From positions 10,753-74,752 of the forward strand of contig JBJFGS010000018.1 of the NCBI GenBank assembly GCA_051892935.1: a DNA stretch of 64,000 nt. The letters run 5' to 3'. This DNA is from Candidatus Coprovivens sp. (lineage in GTDB: Bacteria > Bacillota_I > Bacilli_A > RF39 > UBA660). Below the pieces are notes generated by a model. That model was not told the origin of the DNA, searched no databases, and saw nothing but the letters and a program-made list of their open reading frames with translations. The translations under genes and the position numbers were made by a program. Shown here piece by piece: positions 9,644 to 18,007 of the stretch (position 1 is the stretch's first letter; every line of letters begins with the position of its first letter).

Positions 9644-12600
9644 ATGAATCTAGAAAAACTATTTAAAGAACTAATAAATGAAAAAGATACTAATAAATTA
9701 ACTAGTATTATAAAAGAAATTAACCAAATACTAGATACAACAGAATATTCTTTTAATAACGAAAGCACAGAAGAACTATATAACTATATGCTTCTTTGTA
9801 ATAAATTAGAAATAAAAGACACCTTAAATAGATTAATAAATAATATAGATTTCATAAAAATATTAGATAACACTAAAATAGATGGATCTATCATACCATC
9901 TTTAACTCAAATATGCGATAAACCACGTGAATGTTTAATAAAGAATTCTAAAAAATTAAAAGAAAGCATTATAAGAGAAAATGGTTTACTAAGTGCAGCA
10001 GATATACTAGAGGATTTAACAGAAGAAGAAATAAAATTACTACGTGAAGATATCGAAATAGATAATTATTTAATAAGTCATGGTTTAAGTTTTTCAACAT
10101 TAAAAGATGAAACAATAAAACGATTATTAGCAGAACCAAATATTTTTAAATTATATAACATTTATACAATAAACCAATTTGCTAATAAATATAAAGATAA
10201 AGAAGAATTAATAAATAATGAACCTTTTTTAAAAATATATTTTGAAAAATTAACTGATAATTATAATTATGAAAACAAAATATTTAAATATTTAAATATT
10301 GATAAAATAGAAGATATTCTAGCCAAATCTCCATCACTTCACATCTTAATTCATCTGTTAAAAGATACTAAAAAAGATATTCAAAAATTACTATTAAACA
10401 ATAAAGAAATTATCGATTATCTAAAAAACTGTGTTGATATAGAAGTATTAGTCAAAATTCCTAAGCATAAATTATTAAATATATTAAAAGAAAGAAAAAA
10501 CCTTTTTCAAAGCCCAAGTTTAAAAATATTGGAACTTTTAAATGAAAAAGATTTACAGCAACTATTTAAAGATAATAAATACTTTTACGAGGAATTAATT
10601 GAAAATATAACCTCTCAAACAGAAGAAAATCTAAAACTTTTAATAAATGCCTTACCGGATACATATTTAAGAGATTTATGTAATAATAAAATAATTAATT
10701 TAGATGTAAAAACAATCAACAAACTTCTAAAAACTGGAAATGAAGAAATAAGAAAAGCAATCCTAAAAAATGTTGAATTAACAAATAGTATTGTTAATAA
10801 AACAACTAATAAAACCTTTGATTTATTTATGGAATTATTAGATATAGGGAAATATACAAACGAAGAAATTGTTAAACTATTAAATAATCTTACAACAATT
10901 AAAGAACCAACAATTCTAAATAAACTAATAAATATTGTTCCTGTATCTTTGAGAAAAGATATATATAATAATGATTTAATTAGAAAGGAAATTTATAAGG
11001 AAGAAAAAGAAAATTTAGATGATTATGCTTTAAATCACTTATTAAACGATCAAACAGAATTAAAAAATCAATCAGCCGGAATAATAGCAACAGTCCTTAT
11101 TGCCTCAGATAACAATTTTGTTAATCAAATAATCGATGATGATAAGGTTATAGAAAAGCTATTATCTGATAAAGAAGCTACTGATAGAATAATTAGTGTT
11201 ATGAACATTCGTAAAAAAGTAATTTCTATTTTAAAGAATAAACACTCTTTAGATAAATACTCAAAAGAAAATATAAAACACATATTGAATCAATTATCTA
11301 TATCAGATAAGATGAATCTTTGTAATAATGATATAGTTAGAAAACTACTAGATAATAATGAAAATGCTTACACTTTATATAAGAAGCTATCAAACAATAA
11401 TAAGTATCTAATTAATACTCTAAATTTTGATTTTTTACTTCTTCCAGATATTTCTGAAATTAAATTAAATACCTTAGAAATAATAACAAAATATCCTAAT
11501 ATTCAAGAAGATATTATTACAATAAATAAACATTACAACATAGTACCTAATTTCTTAAATAACATTTTATACAATACAGATAAACTTAGTTTAAAAGATA
11601 CACTTAGTAAATGTTTAAAAATATTAAGAGAAACAGCTGAAGGATTAAATAGAAAAAAATACGGAAATATTATTAAAATGATTACAAATTATAGTGACTG
11701 CCTATCTAAAAAAGAAGGAAAAGAACTAATTAATTATTTATTGTATTTTATACCTCGATATCAAATTAATAATACATTAGTTGAAAGAACAAACATCATT
11801 GCAACACCAAATTCATTTTATGATATTCTATCATATGAAAAAAATTATGAAGAAAAATTAACTGAATTAATAAAAAATAGTACAGAAGATACAACTAAAG
11901 AATATTTTATAATGAAGCATTTTAAATTAAATCTAGAAGAAGCTAAGATAATGTTAAATATGTATAGCATCGATAGAATAGATAGTTCAATATACAAAAA
12001 AGAATACAATTTATTAAACGATTTAAAAAGAATAATGAACACTGATTCAGAATCATTAAAAGAAATGGATGGCCAATACTATACTATAAGTATGTTTGAT
12101 TCTTTTGTTATCGAAAAACAAATAAAAGAAATGTATGCTAAAATATATAATTATGAAATAAGAAGCAAAACATATTCTAATAAATCATTTATTAAGACAA
12201 TATATGGTAAAGAATTAAAAATATATACATGTCCAAATGACTTCTTATTCTTGATAAGTAATCTAAATATAAAAGAAGAATTCGAATATACTAATAGTTA
12301 TTTTGAAGCATGGCATAATACATTAAATAAACCATCAATTGAATTAAATACTAGTCTAATATCAAATGATAATCTTATTATAAACGATGATATATTATTT
12401 GGTTTTTATGGAGTGTTAGATTCCGGAATCGAAAAAATGTCTAATATAAATCTTTCTTCAAATAATAAGAATAACACAAATGAAAGATATATGACACCAC
12501 GTGAATTAATAGATAATACAAGAAATAACAATAATACTATTATAATAGACATATATGCAGTAAGACCTTATTATAACAATTCGAATATTCCGACTATAGA

Positions 12601-13072
12601 ACCAGACTTTATCTTTGTAGACATTAATAGATTAAATGATAACAAATACCTAGAAATGATTTCACGTGCCAGTGAAGAATTTAAAACCAAAAGAAATAAA
12701 GATGGATTACCAATAATAGCTTATGACATTAATAAAATTTCAGATAATGAAGTAAATAAAATTGAAAAGCTATTAAATAAATATAAGAAAAATTATGATA
12801 TGAATCTATTGCCTGGAATAATTAGTAAGATAGAAAATAACTATACAGCCTATAAACTAAATAATCCAAAGATAGCTGAAAAATTCAAAATATCTACTCT
12901 TATAAATATTGTCTATGAAAGAATTTCTAAAACAAACTCTCTAGCTGAACTTGATTTTATTGAAGAATTATTTACAAGAGAGAATAATAAACTAAAAGAA
13001 CAAACTAGTAACATTAATTTAAAAGAGCTAAAAGAACATATTAAAGAAAGAAAAAATATTATAAGTAATTAG
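9644..13072 (+). CDS. Large hypothetical protein (helical N-terminal region, globular C-terminal domain)
   Basis: About 1142-aa ORF with AAGGAG RBS; no signal peptide or TM segment. Confidence 0.75.
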   Translation: MNLEKLFKELINEKDTNKLTSIIKEINQILDTTEYSFNNESTEELYNYMLLCNKLEIKDTLNRLINNIDFIKILDNTKIDGSIIPSLTQICDKPRECLIKNSKKLKESIIRENGLLSAADILEDLTEEEIKLLREDIEIDNYLISHGLSFSTLKDETIKRLLAEPNIFKLYNIYTINQFANKYKDKEELINNEPFLKIYFEKLTDNYNYENKIFKYLNIDKIEDILAKSPSLHILIHLLKDTKKDIQKLLLNNKEIIDYLKNCVDIEVLVKIPKHKLLNILKERKNLFQSPSLKILELLNEKDLQQLFKDNKYFYEELIENITSQTEENLKLLINALPDTYLRDLCNNKIINLDVKTINKLLKTGNEEIRKAILKNVELTNSIVNKTTNKTFDLFMELLDIGKYTNEEIVKLLNNLTTIKEPTILNKLINIVPVSLRKDIYNNDLIRKEIYKEEKENLDDYALNHLLNDQTELKNQSAGIIATVLIASDNNFVNQIIDDDKVIEKLLSDKEATDRIISVMNIRKKVISILKNKHSLDKYSKENIKHILNQLSISDKMNLCNNDIVRKLLDNNENAYTLYKKLSNNNKYLINTLNFDFLLLPDISEIKLNTLEIITKYPNIQEDIITINKHYNIVPNFLNNILYNTDKLSLKDTLSKCLKILRETAEGLNRKKYGNIIKMITNYSDCLSKKEGKELINYLLYFIPRYQINNTLVERTNIIATPNSFYDILSYEKNYEEKLTELIKNSTEDTTKEYFIMKHFKLNLEEAKIMLNMYSIDRIDSSIYKKEYNLLNDLKRIMNTDSESLKEMDGQYYTISMFDSFVIEKQIKEMYAKIYNYEIRSKTYSNKSFIKTIYGKELKIYTCPNDFLFLISNLNIKEEFEYTNSYFEAWHNTLNKPSIELNTSLISNDNLIINDDILFGFYGVLDSGIEKMSNINLSSNNKNNTNERYMTPRELIDNTRNNNNTIIIDIYAVRPYYNNSNIPTIEPDFIFVDINRLNDNKYLEMISRASEEFKTKRNKDGLPIIAYDINKISDNEVNKIEKLLNKYKKNYDMNLLPGIISKIENNYTAYKLNNPKIAEKFKISTLINIVYERISKTNSLAELDFIEELFTRENNKLKEQTSNINLKELKEHIKERKNIISN

Positions 13073-13083
13073 CAAAATTTGCT

Positions 13084-13126
13084 AATCCTCAACCCAAAAT
13101 GATATAATCTAAATAGGTTGGGGATT
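13084..13126 (+). promoter_or_regulatory. Inverted repeat with extended -10 in loop and RBS in 3' arm
   Basis: AATCCTCAACC / GGTTGGGGATT (11 bp, one G-U); loop contains TGATATAAT. Confidence 0.6.
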
Positions 13127-13130
13127 TTTT

Positions 13131-13769
13131 ATGGAAAAAGAAAAAATATCATTTTATGATATATTCTATATATTTTTATTTGGTTGTTTCTTTGGATGGA
13201 TTGTCGAAGGAATATGGACACTACTAAAAAAAGGAGTATTAATTAATCATTCAGCATTAATTATAGGACCTTTCAATATTATTTATGGTATAGGAGCAGT
13301 TGTTCTAACCTTATGTTTATACAAAGTAAAAGAAAAGAATATAATATCAATATTTGGTATTTCTTTTACAGTAGGAACAGCTTTAGAGTACATCATGAGC
13401 TTTCTTATGGAAAAAATAGTAGGTTTTGTTGCTTGGAATTATAAAAGTAAACTATTTAACATAAATGGTCGAGTATGCTTACTATATTCTATATTTTGGG
13501 GAATACTAGGAATTATTTGGATAAAAATAATGTACCCATTCATCAAAAAAATAATAAATAAATTTAGTAAAATAGAAGCAATAAAAATAATGAAAATAAC
13601 AATAGTATTTCTAATTTGCGATATCTTATTAACACTAGGTGCAATAGATAGAGCAAAAGAAACAGAACAAAATATTCCTCCTGGTAATAAACTAGAAGAA
13701 ATATACGATAAATACTTTGGTGTTGAATACTTAAACAATATGTTTAATAATCGCTGGAATCAAAAATAA
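13131..13769 (+). CDS. Putative ABC transporter permease (CmpB/DUF1113 family)
   Basis: FFGWIVE, GPFNIIYGIG, LEY, WNY..FNINGRVCL, WG motifs. Confidence 0.85.
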   Translation: MEKEKISFYDIFYIFLFGCFFGWIVEGIWTLLKKGVLINHSALIIGPFNIIYGIGAVVLTLCLYKVKEKNIISIFGISFTVGTALEYIMSFLMEKIVGFVAWNYKSKLFNINGRVCLLYSIFWGILGIIWIKIMYPFIKKIINKFSKIEAIKIMKITIVFLICDILLTLGAIDRAKETEQNIPPGNKLEEIYDKYFGVEYLNNMFNNRWNQK

Positions 13770-13881
13770 ATTCCAGCTTTTTTTCTTTAAATTACAAAAA
13801 AAATGTTGTATTATATAAATAGAATATACAAAAATAGACTAAATAGTATATATTTTTGTATAAAAATAGAAGGAGGAAAAT

Positions 13882-15606
13882 ATGGAAGAAGTAAAGCCCA
13901 AAAAGAAAATAGGAATAGGTATTGGTATTAGTGTTGCTGTTTTAATAGTACTTATTGTAGTTCTCGGAATCTTTTTATTAAAAGGGAATAACGATGATAT
14001 AAAACAAAGCAATCTAAATGAAACAGAACAAAAACAGCTTGAAAAATTTAATTCAGCAATGAAAGAAGATTACAAGAAAGCTTCAACAATGGAACTATCA
14101 GATGCTCAAGACTATCTAATAGATAGTGTTTATGAAAATCTTGAGTTATATGGTGGAAATGATAGTGTTGAATACATGGCTAATTCATTGTTAAATGAAA
14201 TACTAAATAGTGTAGAAACTACAGCAAATGAATTAGTTAGTGAAGTTGAAAATCTAGGAACGAGTCTTACAGACCAACTAATGGATGGTTTATTGGGACA
14301 AATTCCTGAAAATGTTACTGTAAAAAACATAACAATAAAATCAAATACAGTATGTAACGACGGAGATATTGATGCTAAATATTGTGTTAACAAATTAAGT
14401 GCTGGAGTATATATTGTTGATGAAAACTCTGACAAATGGGCAGTAGTAGTTCATCCTGTTAATACAAGTGGATCATTAATGTATAGAATTATTGGTACAA
14501 TGTATACTGAACAAGGATATAACGTAATAGCTCCAGATTTAAGGGGTGCTGGATCAAGTGATGGTAGTGTTGCAATGGGATATCTAGAAAGTTTAGATAT
14601 CTATGATTGGATTAAAGATTTAAATTCAAACTATCAATCAACAGATCGCTATGGAGTAAAAGTTGCTCCAAAAACAATTATAGTTCATGGTATATCACTA
14701 GGAGCAGCTACAACACTACAACTTGCAACGAATCCAGATATAGCTGCCGCAAAAGGCGAACCATACACCAAAAATTTAACTCAATTAAATGTTAAAGCAT
14801 TCGTTGATGATTGTGGATATGCATCAATGAGTGACATAATTACAGGAATGCTATCTCTTGGTGATTTAAATCAATTAACTTCATTACTTTCTTCAATGGG
14901 AATTGATAAGGAAGAATTTATGAGTAAATTTAACGAAATCGCTGGATTATTAAATATTCAAGGATTCGAAGGATTTGATTTATCTTCTTTAGAAGGACTA
15001 GATGAAAGTAAAATAAACGAATATTTCAAACAATTTAGTGACTCAATATCACAATTAGAAGATCAATTCAAAAAATATGAAGATAGCAATGGAACAATAA
15101 CAATACCTGGATATGATGAAAACACAATGAAAGATTTAATGGACCAATTTAGTTCAAAAATACCTAGTGGATATCCAATCCCTGATATATCAGATGTTGG
15201 CGATTTAATTCCTAAAAATACTGCTAATACTAATACAACAAATACACCTGATACAAGTGAAATCCTAAATGGTATCATAGGTAAAGTATTAATGGCATTA
15301 GCCGGTGTAGGCCTAAATGATGATAACTACAATTATTATTCTAACTCATTTGCAGAAGGAAGACACTTCCCAGAGGGAGCGAAAGTAATGATTATTCATG
15401 GTACAGCTGATACAATTGTCCCTCATGACAATGCAGAGGAAGTAGCATCTAACATAAGCCCTGCAATATTGGTTCATAAGTGGGATGTTGAAAGAGCACC
15501 ACATGCCTTCATTGTAGTAGGTCAAAAGAAAGATGAATACAAAGCACTAGTTACAAATTTTACAAAATGTGTAAGTGATAATACTTGTACATCAATAACT
15601 AAATAA
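13882..15606 (+). CDS. Membrane-anchored alpha/beta hydrolase with large insertion
   Basis: PDLRGAGSSDG, nucleophile elbow HGISLGA, IIHGTADTIVP, APHA; N-terminal TM. Confidence 0.85.
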   Translation: MEEVKPKKKIGIGIGISVAVLIVLIVVLGIFLLKGNNDDIKQSNLNETEQKQLEKFNSAMKEDYKKASTMELSDAQDYLIDSVYENLELYGGNDSVEYMANSLLNEILNSVETTANELVSEVENLGTSLTDQLMDGLLGQIPENVTVKNITIKSNTVCNDGDIDAKYCVNKLSAGVYIVDENSDKWAVVVHPVNTSGSLMYRIIGTMYTEQGYNVIAPDLRGAGSSDGSVAMGYLESLDIYDWIKDLNSNYQSTDRYGVKVAPKTIIVHGISLGAATTLQLATNPDIAAAKGEPYTKNLTQLNVKAFVDDCGYASMSDIITGMLSLGDLNQLTSLLSSMGIDKEEFMSKFNEIAGLLNIQGFEGFDLSSLEGLDESKINEYFKQFSDSISQLEDQFKKYEDSNGTITIPGYDENTMKDLMDQFSSKIPSGYPIPDISDVGDLIPKNTANTNTTNTPDTSEILNGIIGKVLMALAGVGLNDDNYNYYSNSFAEGRHFPEGAKVMIIHGTADTIVPHDNAEEVASNISPAILVHKWDVERAPHAFIVVGQKKDEYKALVTNFTKCVSDNTCTSITK

Positions 15607-15645
15607 AAAACAAAAAGTAAAACAAATATACTTTTTGTTTTTTTT
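15605..15645 (+). terminator. Intrinsic terminator
   Basis: AAAAAACAAAAAGTA..TACTTTTTGTTTTTT. Confidence 0.65.
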
Positions 15646-15712
15646 ATTGAAAAGAATGGTATAATATAGATAATAGATATAATAGATAATAGGTATAATG
15701 GACGTGATAAGA

Positions 15713-18004
15713 ATGAATAATAAAAAGACAAAATATACAGTATCAATAATTGAAAACGGAACAATAACTAGTTATTCTTTATCATCTTTTTCTAAAAATG
15801 AAATATCTTTTGGACGTGATTCCAAAAATGATATAGTATTAAATTCACCAGTCGTTTCAGCATTTCATGGGCACTTCACAATAGAAAACAATACAGTAAC
15901 TATCCATGATGACAATAGCTTAAATGGTTTTTTTATTAATAGCTTTATCAAAAAAGAAAGCTTTTTATTACACGATGGAGATATAGTAAAAATAGATAAC
16001 CCAGAATATCCTTTATACGAAGGAATTCTAATGTATATAGATACCAATGAAAATAAAAACAAATGGGTAGAATATGATTTGTCCAATAAAAACAAAATAT
16101 ATATTGGAAGAAGCAAAGAATGTGATATTAAATTAGATAAAATAAATATTTCTTCTAAACATGCCAAATTAATAAAAAATGGTAACAATTATAGCATAGA
16201 TTACGAAGGCAATAACATTGGAATACTTTTAAATAATGCTATTCTGTCTTACGAAACGCCATTAAGAGACAAAGATGTCTTTGAAATAAATGGTATAAAA
16301 TTTATATATAGTCAAAACAAAATATTTTATCAATTAAGTTACAATGGTGTTCGCATAGATGCCTTCGACATAGTAAAAACTGTTCGTTTAAAATTCAAGA
16401 AAAAAGACATATCGCAACACATTGATTTTTCAGCCGAACCAGGACAATTTGTCGCTTTTGTTGGAGGCAGTGGTGCTGGAAAATCAACATTTATGAAGTG
16501 TATAAGTGGTGTAACCAAACCAACTAGTGGAAAAGTACTGATAAATGGTAATGACTTATATACTAATTATGATGTACTAAAAAATCTAATAGGGTATGTT
16601 CCTCAAGAAAACATTATATTTGATGATTTAACACTAATAAAAATGTTAAGATATGCAGCAAATCTTCGTATGCCAGATGACTCAAGTAGAGCAGAAAAAG
16701 AAAAACGAATAGAAGATGTTTTAACAATGGTAGAAATGCTTGATAAGAAAGACGTTATGATAAAAAACTTATCAGGAGGTCAACAAAAAAGAGCTTGTAT
16801 TGCAGTAGAACTTATCGCTGACCCTAATTTATTTTTCTTAGATGAACCAACTAGCGGTCTAGATCCAGGTACAGAGAGAAATTTAATGAAAACCTTAAGA
16901 AAAATGGCTGATAGTGGAAAAACCATTATTCTTGTAACTCACAATACATTGAATTTACATCTTTGTGATAAAGTAGTTTTCTTTGGATATGGTGGCAAAA
17001 TATGCTTTGATGGAGCTCCATCAGATGCTCTTAACTTTTTTGAAGTTGATGACTTCGTTGATATCTATAACATTATTACTAATGAACCTGATAAATGGCA
17101 CAAGAAATTTAATGAATCTAAATATGCTACTCATAATACTATTCCACAAAGTCAATCCAATAATTACAAAGGTAAAAAAAGTAAAAAGTTCCTCAAACAA
17201 TTTTTCACCTTATTAACAAGAAAGATTAACATGTTAGTTAATAATAAACAACAAATGCTTCTATTATTTGGCCAAGCTCCATTAATAGCATTCCTATTAT
17301 CATTTGTTGTAACAGATAACTTATTTTATTCCTATGAAGATACCAAAGCTATTCTATTTACTTTTTCAACAGCAGCAATATGGATAGGTCTATTAAATTC
17401 TATTCAGGAAATATGTAAAGAAAGAGTAATATTAGAAAAAGAATACATGGCCAATTTAAGAATATCATCATATATTGCTTCTAAAGTTGTATACCTCTTA
17501 TTAATAGCTTTCATTCAATCTATTTTACTTTTAGTAACATTTACACTAGTTGTAGAAGTACCACAAACTGGGCTATTATATAATTGGTTTATAGATTCAT
17601 TAATAACAATATTCCTAACAATTACATCGGCTTCCACCATTGGTCTTTTAGTTTCAGCATTTTCAAAGGATTCAGCAGTTGCTTTAACTATGCCAGCAAT
17701 CTTACTAGTGCCTCAATTACTTTTTTCTGGAATGCTTTTTCCGTTAGATGGTATTGTTGATAAAGTATCAAATTTCATTTTATCTCGTTGGTCTGTAGAG
17801 GCTCTAGGAACAATTAACGATCTAAATAGTTTAGTTGGACTTGTTCAAGAAGCCATCCCTGGATATGTAAGAACAGCTGAATCATATTATGAATTTACTT
17901 TAGAACACTTATATTCAGATTTAGGAATTATTACTATTATGTCCTTAATATTTATAATAGCAAGCTACATAATATTAAGAATTCAAATGGAAAAGGGGAA
18001 ATAG
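15713..18004 (+). CDS. FHA-FHA-ABC ATPase-ABC2 permease fusion (Rv1747-like exporter)
   Basis: Two FHA motifs (FGRD..VSAFHG..NG; IGRS..ISSKHA), GGSGAGKST, LSGGQ, LDEPTSGLD, C-terminal ABC-2 TM helices. Confidence 0.92.
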   Translation: MNNKKTKYTVSIIENGTITSYSLSSFSKNEISFGRDSKNDIVLNSPVVSAFHGHFTIENNTVTIHDDNSLNGFFINSFIKKESFLLHDGDIVKIDNPEYPLYEGILMYIDTNENKNKWVEYDLSNKNKIYIGRSKECDIKLDKINISSKHAKLIKNGNNYSIDYEGNNIGILLNNAILSYETPLRDKDVFEINGIKFIYSQNKIFYQLSYNGVRIDAFDIVKTVRLKFKKKDISQHIDFSAEPGQFVAFVGGSGAGKSTFMKCISGVTKPTSGKVLINGNDLYTNYDVLKNLIGYVPQENIIFDDLTLIKMLRYAANLRMPDDSSRAEKEKRIEDVLTMVEMLDKKDVMIKNLSGGQQKRACIAVELIADPNLFFLDEPTSGLDPGTERNLMKTLRKMADSGKTIILVTHNTLNLHLCDKVVFFGYGGKICFDGAPSDALNFFEVDDFVDIYNIITNEPDKWHKKFNESKYATHNTIPQSQSNNYKGKKSKKFLKQFFTLLTRKINMLVNNKQQMLLLFGQAPLIAFLLSFVVTDNLFYSYEDTKAILFTFSTAAIWIGLLNSIQEICKERVILEKEYMANLRISSYIASKVVYLLLIAFIQSILLLVTFTLVVEVPQTGLLYNWFIDSLITIFLTITSASTIGLLVSAFSKDSAVALTMPAILLVPQLLFSGMLFPLDGIVDKVSNFILSRWSVEALGTINDLNSLVGLVQEAIPGYVRTAESYYEFTLEHLYSDLGIITIMSLIFIIASYIILRIQMEKGK

Positions 18005-18007
18005 AAC

